Source: Batkoa obscura (Eukaryota). From it: 64,000 bases of DNA. The notes beneath the pieces were generated by a model that saw only the letters and a list, made by a program, of their open reading frames with translations, was not told where the DNA came from and did no database searches. The stretch is from the NCBI GenBank assembly GCA_030770535.1, contig JASVEC010000010.1, positions 434,001-498,000 on the forward strand, written 5' to 3'. Shown piece after piece: positions 51,821-64,000 of this stretch. Every line of letters starts with the position of its first letter. Positions within the stretch are counted from its first letter, which is position 1. The position numbers were made by a program, and so were the translations under genes.

Positions 51821-52321
51821 ATGAAATTTAACTTAATTCTTCTTGCCTCAATCAGTACCATCTTAGCTGCTAACATCGAAAGAAGGGACGATGCCAAGTC
51901 AACTGAAACTAGCAGTAGTGTCAAACCTCAACAAACTGCTGAAGATTCAGAAGCTGCCAAATGTGTTAAAGAAAAGAAATGTAATGGAGATCTTGGTTGC
52001 TTAGCCAGCTGCAACAATGTTCCAAACCCAAGTGGTACCCAAGCCCAAAATACTAATGACTGTGTAGCCAAATGCGATAAGAGCAATGCTGAAGAATACT
52101 CTAAATGTAGTCAAAAATGTATTGCTGATATCTACTTAAACCACCCAGATTCCAGCAAAAAACCTGATAGTAGTAGTTCAAGTGGTTCTGCTAACTCTAG
52201 CAGTACTACTGGTGCTGATGGTAAACAGACTGCTGTTAAAGGATCTAGTGCTTCCTCTCAAGCCCCAGCCTTTTTCTTATCTTCAGGCCTTTTACTCTCC
52301 TTAGCCTATTATAACCATTAA
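51821..52321 (+). CDS. secreted 8-cysteine, probably GPI-anchored cell-surface protein
   Basis: Signal peptide MKFNLILLASISTILA, RR cleavage site, 8-Cys domain with C..VPNPS...T..C, Ser-rich stalk, hydrophobic C-terminal tail. Confidence 0.85.
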   Translation: MKFNLILLASISTILAANIERRDDAKSTETSSSVKPQQTAEDSEAAKCVKEKKCNGDLGCLASCNNVPNPSGTQAQNTNDCVAKCDKSNAEEYSKCSQKCIADIYLNHPDSSKKPDSSSSSGSANSSSTTGADGKQTAVKGSSASSQAPAFFLSSGLLLSLAYYNH

Positions 52322-55020
52322 TTAATTTGTACCTAATTTTTGCATTTAATGTATATCCCCTAATAAATATTAAATAATGATTATACCTAATGCTTGTAGC
52401 CCATTGTCTTCATTTATTACTTTTATTTAGATAGTGAATTAAAGTTCGTTCAGGTTGACTATATTAAACGTTCATTAGAATAAAAAGATCATCTTTGATC
52501 TTAAATAATATACTAATAAGTTTTAGAGTGTATAGTTAGAACATTTGATATATAATTGTTCAACAATATATATTTGCTTCTTGGCATTGGCCTTATAACA
52601 CTTCATTTTAGTTGACCTTCTGAAAATCATTTTAATTATTGATTTTTAAGGGCAGATCATTTAATAATTTATCACAATTGTCTGCAAGTTATTAATATGT
52701 TATAAAACTTATCCTTGAAGTAAATTAACTAATGCTTAAAGCAGGTCTTTTGGAATTATAACTATACTTAAAGACATTTTTATTATTGATCTAATTTAAT
52801 GTAACCCCAAACTTTTTAATCTGTCATTGCTTTTTAAAAATTCAACAATAGTATCAAAGACTATTATTATCAGAATCTTAAAGTGAGTCAAATAATAAAT
52901 TAAAAGTTTAGTCATGTTTAAATTGAATCAGTAGTAAGACCAGAAATTTGCTTCGGAATGCACCCATAAATATTTAATAAACTCCGTAAATTAAGATAAG
53001 GTAACATGGTATTCTAAATAGATCTAAATGGAATTAAAATTCGATTTTATGATCCAGTTGAATGTGATATTACAAAGTATTTTAAAATATGATATCATAT
53101 GGTAACTTATAACTATTTTGTCTTTTAAATCTTTATTAGGCTAAAGGCAACAGAAGATTTTATGCAAAAAACAGAAAAAGAAGACTAACCATAATTGAAC
53201 AAAGAAATTGAATTTCAAAAGGTCATCCTGTAGATAAGTTTAAGGTCTGAGAAATCCTCAGTAGCAGTTTCTTGGGGGTAATTGAATTCCACCAATAGTG
53301 AAATAAAAGAGCCGAAAATCATCATTATCAGGAAAAAATATTTAAAGGAAGAGCCATTAGTGTTTAATGACCAGATTAAATTGAACTTGCTTAAGCAATG
53401 ACAGGATTGATAACAACTAATAGTTTTCCAAAATCCCCACCTCTGTTATATTTTTATGATTCTATTATATTAGTAGTAATTACTAGCATTATTTTTTCAA
53501 AAATATAGAAATAGAGTAAAAATCTAATTAAATAATATTATGAGCTTATAATATAACATTGAAGATATTTGATTCTATTGACGTATCCGTTTTGAGACAT
53601 TTTATTTATACAAAAGCAAATTAAATTATAACTTCTCATTTGGATGGTATAATATAGTGCAAGAAAACCATATTAAATTTAAAGTAAAGTATAGATTGTA
53701 TAATTAATAATATTGCTTATAATAGTAATCTAAAGTGGACAATGTTTCCGACTATAACTATTTTTCTAAATGTTACAAAAATAATTTATAAACAAGCTAA
53801 TAAAAAGTTAAATAAAAAATTATCTTATTTTCAAATTATGATAAATCAAATAATATCAATAAAGAATTATAATTTATCATGGGGGAATGTCTTTTTTAAT
53901 TTCATGCTAACAGAAAGTTAGACAATATTTATAATTTATGTAAAATAACATCCTATACATTATAAAAAAAAAAACTTCAATAGAAAATGTTTTTTGTATT
54001 GGGATTAACTAATAGTATTTAAATTTTATATTACTTGAGTAATGTGCCAATTTATGAAACAAAAAGGACATTCACAAATACCATAATAGCTAAAGAATAA
54101 CCCCAAGGACAAAAATACAATAGTTTTATGCTGGTGTAATGCTTGAATTAACTACGACTACTGCTATAATATTAAAACAGTCCTATAATTACAATAGCTA
54201 ATATAAGGATTAAAATGAATTATTTCAAAAAAATTATCAAAATTCATTACTCAGAAGGTGTGGGTTTTGTTCTTTGAGGCTATATTTTTACACTGGAGAG
54301 AAGCTTATTTTAAAACATAATGTACCATTACAACTAAATATCAGCTTTGAAACATAGCCTAGGCCGAATTAGCTAATAAAGTATATGATGGATTAAAATT
54401 TAAAACAATAACGCAAGAGAATGGATTATTTATTTGCATTGTAGTAATGACTAAAATTAATATTGATAGCATATTTAAATTAAAGGGTTGAACTAAATGT
54501 TAATCTAAGTTTGATAAAGATTTATTTTAAAGAACAAGCTATATTTTCATTGTATGAGTTCGGATAAATTTAGTACATCTTTAAATCATTTTTGAGGGGA
54601 ATGTGGCTTAGGCAGTGTAGTAGTATTATATCAAATTAAGCTATTATTCTACAGCTTACCAGATAGTTTGTTGATAAATTAGGATTATTAAAAAATTGAT
54701 AGTGAAATCAGTATACAGCTTGCGTAATTATTAGCTTGTTTTATGTGAGATATATAAACAGAAAAATATATACAGTATATAAATCAATATGACATAGTAC
54801 AAAGATAATACCGTATTAAAGAATAATGTTATGTAATTAAATAGTCCAGAAATAGATATTTTATTAACAATAAATACAACTTAAAAATGAGAACTGGAGC
54901 AGGAAATAGTACAGGACGAATATAAATCATATAATTTTAACTACCACTATAATTAATCCTCTTATTATATTTTTAGAATAGTAGTTACATATCATAATAG
55001 TCGTCATTAATTAACGTAGA

Positions 55021-55806
55021 TTATTTTTGACTTAATTCATTTTGAGGTGGTGCATTCGCTAGTCCTTGAATGTTATTTTGATATACTGGACAATATTGAT
55101 GATGATTAAGTAGGGAAGTGAGTTCTTGAATTTGTTGATTTAAACTATCACGGGTAATCTCTAATTGTCGATTTTGTTGCTGAAGTAGTTGGAACTTTAG
55201 CATCATTGTTTCTTGATTCTTTTTCTTTCGAAGGCGACATTTGAGTGCAGCTAAAACTATAAGTATATATTCTTTAAACAAATCACAACATAAACCTACC
55301 TTGTCTATTACGCTCCAAGAACAATATCTTTTTCTCATCCAAGTTATCGATAGGTTTACGTTTTCTTCCACCTCCACCTTTACGAGTACCAGTTTGTAAG
55401 AATGGAAACTGATTAGCTACAAATCTGGATTGCAACCCAGCTTGATCTGAGCTTGGTTGCATGTATTGAGTGGAGCTATATGGTACTCCTACTAAAGTAC
55501 TATTTTGTTGAGGCGGAGCCATATTAACCATCTGTTGTTGTTGATTAAATGTAACTTGTCTAAACCTATCATCAATATCTGATTGAGAGTATGCCCCTTG
55601 TGTATTCATACTAGGGGGAACTTGATTGTGCATCATATAACTATTATCTACTTGAAGAGGAAATGTACTATACTGGGGTCCACTGTGATATTGGTAATGA
55701 GCTAATTGACTAGATTGATTATAATTATCTATAATAAGTTAGAAAATGAGCCTTGATTTTATAGTATCCATTTACCTAATGGTAGCTTTTGGGAAGAAGT
55801 AAGCAT
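55021..55806 (-). CDS. ATF/CREB-type bZIP transcription factor
   Basis: Spliced EKKILFLERNRQ|AALKCRLRKK basic region, leucine zipper, HQYC tail; Gln-rich N-terminus; two introns. Confidence 0.88.
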
Positions 55807-58422
55807 TATCGTTATTCTACTGGTTTATAAAAGCACTGCTTATTTTTTCCTAAAATAAAAAAATTAGAATACTATTCGATATTCTCTTTTATAGCGCCCT
55901 TTCATTGGGTATATGAAATAATGATAAGCCAACTATTCCTTAATTAGGAGTATAAACAGGAATAATAAGACAGGTTTTTTATCATTCTGCATTTTTTGAG
56001 AATTAATAAATTACCTTAATGTATTAATATCTTATTTTTTGGTTAAAATATTTTCAAATCTAAATTGATATTTTTTTCTTCTTTCCAGTATTTATATCTT
56101 TTATCAAAACGTTCTCTTATTTAATTTTAATACTTTATTTTGACTCAAGCTACTTAAAAATATGCATAGTCTGTGAATATGAAGTCATAACTATGAATTC
56201 ATAGATCTTCTACCCATACTCGTCTTGGCTCGATTTCATTTGTTACTAACTATATCATACTTTAATCCAAACAGCTGTTTTGGTTTTAGGTCAATAATGA
56301 TTGGTTAACTATGAAATCATATTGCGAGTCATTTAATTAATTAGCTCTTATTTAGAAATGAAAAGGTGTAAATTATGGTATTTTTGGATAGTAAAATTGA
56401 TTATGAATCACAGTAGCAACTTTCGAGATCAAGTTTCCGAATTGAAACCAAATTCGATCATATCGATAAAGTATGAAATAATTTCCTTAATTTTAGCTAA
56501 TTAGAAGGGACCAGCTTACTTTTCATTTGTTAAAATAGTAATGATGATTTATTATTTTTAAAGCCAACTTCCGATTTTATAATTAAAGTTTTTAATTCAA
56601 ATAACTTATGTTAGCTAAAACATTTAAACAATTAAGTGTATGATGATATTACATGAAATTATATCATCATAATATAGCCATTCGTATATTATTATTCTTA
56701 CCAAAGGACGTTTAATTGTATAATCCTAATAATTATGCAAACAAGTCAAAATAAATTTCTGTGAGTTACTGGGGTCAAGATCATATGAAAATTATTGTCA
56801 CCTCGCCTTTAACTGTCATCTTGCGCTATAAATAAGAGTAAATATACTTAAAAAAATTAATAAAACGAGGATGAATCCATTTTTCAACATTTTTTAGCTT
56901 ATACTAGGAGATAGCTAATGCCTTTTATCCAATAAAATGATATCTTTTTATTAGAGGATTTTGAAAATATACTTATCAAAATATAATTAATTTAAGAGTC
57001 CTTACCACTTAATTGTTTAATGCAAGGTATTTATTCTATAACATTTAATAAAAAAATTTGACTCAACATAGTTATTGCATTAACCATACAAGAATATGTT
57101 CATTTTAAGAATTAAACATAATAATTTAAGTCCAACACGTATTAAATTACGAATATCAATTCATTTTCTCATACGAATTTTTATATATAGAAATAGGTTT
57201 CAATGAATGCCCAACTCTCTTAAATTTTCAAAAGTCATTATGATAATTTTTAGTATTTTATAAAAGGTAACATTATTATCCTAAGTTTAGTAAGAGTATA
57301 AATATAACTTTACTATCAAGCCCAATTTTAATTTAAAGTCATCAGTGCCACCAATGCTTTAACCTTACAACTTATAGCGACCCTTGAAAAGAACCCCAAT
57401 TTAATTGTTCTAATCAACTTAATTTGGTTTTATACTAATAAAAAAATAGTAGTTGTAAAAGTAGTAGAACCAACTGTACTTGTGATTTCAAAAAAACAAT
57501 TGTTATTTTTAGATAAGTTTTAAGGATTATTATTATTAAGGTAAACAAATTGCTAAATCTTTATTTTTTTGAAATATTTCATAAATAGTCCAAACTACAC
57601 TGGCTTTTGTTATAAATTCAAATAACATAAATGTTGTTTACAGTTAATCTGGTATTATTTCAGCTAGTATCCATTATTAAGGTAATCTTTTTAAATGAGA
57701 GTGTTAATTATAAACTTCATAGTCTAAAGTGATTTTATAAAGAAATGAGGTTGTAACAAAATCCTTTATATTAAAATTTAACTTTTCTCAAGTGTTGACA
57801 GTTATGATGCTTTATATACAACTTGTTTTTCTACTTTATGCAAATCGTAATGATATTTCATTGCTACATTGTCTACAAATTATTGCTTAACTTCATGATC
57901 AAATGCTACACAAACTTTCCGTTATTTAAATTCCCCCATTAGAATGATTTAATTTTTCTGTTTCAATTGAAATGTTGTTTATAGCCAACTAACTTAAAGC
58001 TTGGCATTAAAATCATTGCTCATAAAAATAAGTTTCTGCTACTGAATTTCAGTCAACATATGATTGTATTTGATTACATGTTATGTCAATTGTTTATTTT
58101 TTTAAAAAAATACAATATTTTAAATCTTATAGAATCTCGTTTAATTAGCAATAACTTATAAGATTTTCACATGGATTTTTGACTATTTATTGTGTCAGTG
58201 TTTTTAAACATTAATTTAACTTTAATAACAGAAAGATATACAAACATTCCTTTCATTTCTTCTATTACTATAAACCTTCCCCAAAGCTACAAGTCTTAGG
58301 ATCATTCACTCCACATATACCATACTTTCAGCTAATCACTAAGGAACTTCATCTAAAGCAGTTACTTCCATTGTTTCATATGTAGGTAGCCTTATAAAAA
58401 GTTCAATTCCAAGCTATAATAT

Positions 58423-58521
58423 GTGGATGTTTTTTTTTGATTTCATCACTTTTTCCATTTTTTGAGCACTATTTGGATGGAAAGGTTGTTAGTAAAATCC
58501 TTAAACAAAAAACACATCCTC
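58423..58521. mobile_element. ~98-bp MITE family copy
   Basis: Family core; ATAT target duplication. Confidence 0.85.
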
Positions 58522-59071
58522 ATATATAACCACCTATTTAAATCAAAAACAAGCGTTATTAAAGTTGAGTATCTTTTACCATCTACATAGTATCGTCTTC
58601 TATCTGTTATCTTTCTCTTAGTACCCCATATACCATCTGATCTAATTTATAGATGTTGGTATTTTAATTGATAAAGTACTTGGAAGCTTCGTCACTTTAA
58701 GATTTTAAAGGATATAATTGTAAAACTTTAACTTTTAACTTCTTTATTTTAATTTCTAAGATAAATTTGATTCCTCTTAGAAGCTTTCATCCATCTGATA
58801 GCTATTTCTTTATAAACTTTGTCTGGATAAGGATCCCAAAAGGAGAGAAAGCATTGCCTTATGCTTAGTCAATCCTATTATCTAAATATTTTATTCCTAA
58901 TAAAATTTCACCTGAAAACTACCTCTTTTAAGTGTTAAAGAGGGATTCTAGTTTAATTGATAAACTCAAAAAAATTCAATTATAATCCAAAATTAGTAAA
59001 TGTTACAAAAAAGTCAAATTAAGATTAAAACAATTTAAAATTATTGTAATTTAATATATTCAAACATATAT

Positions 59072-60373
59072 TTATAATCTTCTCATAAAGTTAGAAACCA
59101 TAGTATCTGCAGTAGCTATTGATTGAGAAGCTTCTGGGTTAGTAATTGTTATACAAGTATCGGAAGAATGTTCATTATAATCAAATTCAGCTATATAAAA
59201 AATCAATAAAATTAATAACAATAATAATAATAATAAATTACTATTTTCTTCAATCCTTCTACTTGTGAAATATTTATACTTTAGTCTTAGGTAAATTTTT
59301 TTAACTGCTGAATAGACTGTTGGATCACAGCAAAAAGCTAAAAAATTTAATGTACCCGCAAAGGGTAATACCAACAAAGACCACTGATCTAGAGCTTCAT
59401 TTTCTTGACTATTAAGATCATAATAAAATTGAGAAATAATACCAGGGAATTGAGTAAATACCATAACTAAAGGATATAATAAACTAAATAAAAATTATCA
59501 ACAATTAAAGATGAAATTTAAATAAAAAGTTACATTCTATATGCTAAAATTCTCACACTATTTTCTGCCTTTTTAGATGTTTTTGTGTTACGAAAATATT
59601 TATGTGTCTTTATCAAAGTAGCACCTTGATTCAATTTGAATACAACAATAATTGCAATAATTATTAAATAAAGCATACATAAAAACCGCCAAATTTGATT
59701 TGCATAAAAATCTAGCATTTTACCATAATACAATCCATATTCACTATCTGCAATATAACATCCATAATATTCACTATAACCTAATAAACCTAAGGCTATT
59801 CTATAGTTATTGAGAACATTTTGAAAAAAATAATTTAAGTCAATTTACCTAATGGTGGAATAGAAATTAATAATGCGAGAATTAATGGAAGTAGCCAATA
59901 ACAAGCCTCCAATCTGGTAGTAATTATTTGATTGTTAAGAAAGATTAATTGAAGATTAATAGCAATCGATACATTTAAGAAAGCATAAAATAAGTTAAAA
60001 AATAAAGCTAAATAGCCACGAGAGGTACAAGCAATACCTGGTACTGCTGGTGATATCGATTTCCAATAAGCTCCCCCATGTAGCCATACATCATAAACAG
60101 ATAAACCAGTTTGTAATCTTAAAGATACTCGATCAACTAACCGGAAGTCATATATTGCTATAAAAATAGAAATTAGTGCTGATTCATACCATAGGTTAGT
60201 AACGATTAGTAAGCAACATTGAGTTAATAGTATATAACATTTGGAAAATAAAAAGAATTACATATGGCTACCATAAATAAAATGACTAAAAGGGCTAATC
60301 CAAGTGAAATTCTAGATACAATGGGGTAATAGTCAGTAACTAAAAACATGGCAAATGTGGATGGTTGATTCAT
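59072..60373 (-). CDS. 7TM GPCR-like protein (cAMP-receptor/Git3-like), paralog 1
   Basis: About 7 hydrophobic segments; YDFRLVDRVSLRL, IAINLQLIF, R..LYPLV, GTLNFLAFCCDP; four introns. Confidence 0.82.
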
Positions 60374-61406
60374 TTTAGTTATCAATGAATTTCAATTAAC
60401 TTCTGGAATTTTAAAATAATTTTGGTTGATTATATTTATATAGCAACAAAAGATAGAAATAAATGAAAATGATAATTGTTTTTTTATTATGCTTAATTAT
60501 TATCAAGGTGCATTAGATGGTTTTGTTAATTTTGTAGATGCATAATTAATATAGAATGATTATTGTATTAATATATTTGTTCTTCACTGGGATTTTTATT
60601 TCATTGAATTATTACTTTATTTCCTACATATTACTTTTGTTCCTTCGATTAAAATTGCTCATTTAATCATAACTTAGATTCAGACATAGAGTCAATTTAT
60701 AAAGTTAAAAAAGAATAGTATGTAAATAGTAAAGTCATCATTATAACTTATAATATATAACTAAATTTTTATAGTTTAATAAAAGAGTAATGATACAATA
60801 TCAATTGTTATATTAATTATAGTTACCCTGAATTTATATTGTAGTTTACACAAAATTGAGCACTATTTTTAAAAGAATAAATCCTCTTTTATTTCCGTGT
60901 GTTTAAAAGATGAAATATTTGTTAATATATCATTTAAAAAATGTTGTAGATAAATAAAATTTAATAGTTGGATTTGAACTAGAATTACTAGATGACATTA
61001 CTAAAAATTTTACTTTTATTAAATATCGTATTTTTAAAAGTTTTATAAAACTATACCTTAGTCATATAAGGATAAAAAAGATATTTTAATAAATCTAGCT
61101 ACCAAAGCATTTATGAAACGCTTGCATTATATTATTATGTCATTCTACATAAACTCAAATTTAAAAAAGTAAAAACAAAACTCAAACAAAAATATTAATA
61201 AAAATGGAGGAAAAACCAAATTTAAAAAGAATAAAAACAAGTAATAATAACAACAATTATTAATTTAGATTTACTTTGTTATCATCTCTAATTTGTATAA
61301 TAATAATAATAATTTTGATAATTTTAAATATATTAAAGAATAAGAAATGTATATAAACTTGTGATGAGAAATTTAAAACTTTGCTTTTTAGTAAATTAAT
61401 ATTAAA

Positions 61407-62576
61407 ATGAGTGAACCAAGTCCAACATCCATATATTTAAGTTCTGTTTATTATCCGAATGTCTCGATAATATCTGGAATAATGGCTCTAATAGTTGTAT
61501 TATTTATGATAGTAATATGTAAGAAGGAAATAAGCTATCATACTTCAATCTTTTACTAATTCCTACTAGCAATCTATGATCGTAAACTAGTTGATCGAGT
61601 ATCTTTGAGATTACAAACTGGTTTATCTGTCTATGATATATGGTTACATGGTGGAGCATTGTGGAAATCGATATCACCAGCAGTACCAGGTATTGCTTGT
61701 ACCTCTCGTGGCTATTTAGCTTTATTTTTTAATATACTCTATGCTTTTTTAAACGTATCTATTGCATTAAATCTTCAATTAATATTTATTCATAACAAAA
61801 CAATTACAAGATGGGTGGAAGTTGGTTATTGGGTTGTACCTATTACTCTTTCTTTATTAATTTCAATACCCCCTTTAGGTAAATTATTAGTTTGCTTCTA
61901 TTCGCAATTGTACTAATAATAATATAGCTATGGGTTTATTAGGTTATAGTGAATATTATGGATGTTATATTGCAGATAGTGAATATGGATTGTATTATGG
62001 TAAAATGCTAGATTTTTATGCAAACCAACTTTGGCGCTTTTTGTGTTTGATTTATCTAATTATCGCAGTTACTATGGTATTTATTAAATTAAGAAAAAGC
62101 TTGAATTTTTTTAAAAATAATTTAAATACGGAGTCAACTAATTCTACTCAATGTATTAATACAATTAAACTATTAGGTTATAGAATGTAAGTCAACTTGT
62201 TACTATTGCTACTATTAATCAATTAACTAATATATAATTTAGTTTGTTATATCCATCAATTATGATATTTTGTCAATTTCCTGGAATAATTTCTCAATTT
62301 TATTATGATCTTACGGATGGCGAAAGTATAGCTTTAGATCAATGGTCTTTAATTGTATTACCTTTTGCTGGTATATTGAATTTTCTTGCTTTTTGTATTG
62401 ATCCAACAGTACAATCTGCAATTAAAATCGTTTATTTTAGAATCAAAAAGAGAAACTCAACCTCAAATGAACAAACGGATACTGAAAATAATGATAACTC
62501 TATTAAGTTAGATACTTTGGATCAAGTGGATAATGTTAATCAACGTATTACTAATAGTTTCATTAAATCTTTGTAA
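61407..62576 (+). CDS. 7TM GPCR-like protein (cAMP-receptor/Git3-like), paralog 2
   Basis: YDRKLVDRVSLRL, IALNLQLIF, LYPSI, GILNFLAFCIDP; three introns shared with paralog 1. Confidence 0.82.
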
Positions 62577-63502
62577 CAAATAAATACCCCTCTACTTATG
62601 CATATTCACATAATTCTTAGTAAAAATTTATAAAGTAAAATAAAATAAAATTTAAATTGTTTATATTATTTTTGTGTTTTATTGTTGTTATATTTTCATA
62701 TATTTCAATGGAGTTTATAGTTCTATATCATTTATAAGTGGCTACAACTGGTTGTTTTATTTACCAATAAAACATAATAGTTCTAGACCTAATCCTCTCT
62801 AACGCTAATGCTAACCAGTATAAATCAGTCAATTTCACTAAAACATAGATAACCGAGATTCGTATTTATTTATAGGATCTATAAGGCAATTTATTAGCCC
62901 TATAAGACTTTAGATAATTGAAATAAAGAACAATTTGATAGGAGTATTTTTGTATTTTTATATCTAATTTATAACAATGTTACAGTATGCCTTTATACTA
63001 TACTTTTACTTACCTTGGTATAGTACAAAGCGTTCGCCCTAACAGTATAGCTTATGAGCTGATACCTGCATAGGTAAAATTAACAACATACTTTAAAAAA
63101 GCTTTACGCAAGATCCTTGCGATAACAAATGTATCGAAGTTTGATCAGTTCACTAAAAACGTCTTCAAGTATACATAGAAGGTTGAAAGATCCAGTGATT
63201 TAAGGATCAAGTGCGTGTAAACCTTGACGAAAGTATCACTAACCAAGTAAATCTTAAAGCTACACAACTGGGATTATGATCCTATAGTAGTCCCATAAGC
63301 TGCCCAAATGTTTTTTCAATTTATATCTAGTGCTTATTTACCAACTTAATAGATAATCAATTATGAGAAAGTTTTGTGTACTTGGAAAATGTTGACTGGT
63401 TTATCGAATTGTATAACTTATAATATCACTGGTCATCTGATTGCAGGGCAATTAAATTTTGAGTGAAACACTAACATTCAAACAGTTTCTGGTAAAGTTC
63501 CA

Positions 63503-64000
63503 CAATATCTTGTTGGGCCGTCTTTTACTTTATAAGCGTTCTTATTTGTACTGGTATTGTTTTTATATACTTGGGACATGTTTTTACTATAAACTTATTC
63601 CATTCATGGTCATATCTTTCCGATAGTTCTTATGCATTTGTTGCTTTTTTCTTGTAACAGGAAATTTTCAGTTTTAACTCATGCCAAAGGTGCTCGATTG
63701 GGTTTAAACCAGGAGATTAAGCTGGGTATAGTAACACTTTAATTTCATTGCCTTTGAGCTATAATCTGGCAAGCTTGAAAGTATACTTGAGGCTATTATC
63801 CCGCTAAAAAATAAAGTTTTCAACCTCCATATTCGAGTATTCAGTAGTATCTTTGAATAGTATGTCGAGTATCTTACAATATAACTTAGCATCCATTTTA
63901 TCTTATATTTTATATTTATGACCAATGGCTTCCTACAACATGTAACTTCATACCATGAGAGATCCTCTTCTATGTTTAACAATTAAATCAATATGATGGT
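63503..64000 (-). mobile_element. decayed Tc1 (DD34E) transposase, C-terminal part
   Basis: Frame missed by the ORF track: VKHRRGSLMV*...KMDAKLYCKIL...FIF*RDN...YPA*SPGLNPIEHLWHELK; 34 codons between the second D and E; several in-frame stops. Confidence 0.9.

Noticed and set aside
53881..53954. GGGGGAATGTCTTTTTT...AACATCCT resembling MITE termini
   Set aside because: Interior lacks the family core and no target duplication is evident
52900..54700. Decayed frames including a CGFC motif
   Set aside because: Too degenerate to assign
57335..57390. SHQCHQCFN as a TnpB/Fanzor zinc finger
   Set aside because: Isolated four-residue match with no RuvC motifs or open frame nearby
7797..58521. MITE repeats as CRISPR array or bacterial Tn3-type elements
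   Set aside because: Copies are dispersed, not regularly spaced; target duplications are 4 bp rather than 5 bp; the context is intron-rich eukaryotic DNA
63704..63982. 92-aa minus-strand ORF from the track
   Set aside because: Wrong frame; the informative frame is the stop-interrupted Tc1 transposase

Overview
Very AT-rich eukaryotic DNA with many short GT-AG introns. Gene content and the 'YDRKLVDRVSLRL' 7TM paralogs suggest an early-diverging fungus, probably Entomophthorales (Conidiobolus-like); this placement is inference. Bases 1-27.3 kb form a compact housekeeping block: SAPS/SIT4-associated protein, ERV29, URA3, an Ayr1-like SDR that has lost its catalytic motifs, a metazoan-type 4E-BP, a small putative mitochondrial protein, SER1, VMA16, YSH1, a homeobox factor, an RDH-like SDR and TSC13. 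Bases 27.9-49 kb form a birth-and-death array in which an uncharacterised two-TM protein family with twin C-terminal PPxY motifs (4 intact, 1 pseudogene) is interleaved with RDH-like SDR paralogs (2 intact, 2 pseudogenes). The distal part holds an orphan ORF, a secreted 8-Cys GPI-type protein, an ATF/CREB bZIP, a head-to-head pair of 7TM receptor paralogs and a decayed Tc1 (DD34E) transposase. The most notable non-obvious signals are: (i) the two diverged receptor paralogs share 71-bp and 92-bp nucleotide-identical tracts centred on the Cys-containing extracellular loops (gene-conversion signature); (ii) the PPxY-protein/SDR co-amplified array; (iii) 13 copies of a ~98-bp MITE with GGGG...CCCC ends and 4-bp mostly AWWT target duplications (Sola-like), including an inverted dimer with homogenised arms. 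No tRNA, rRNA or CRISPR array was recognised. Exon boundaries were placed by eye.
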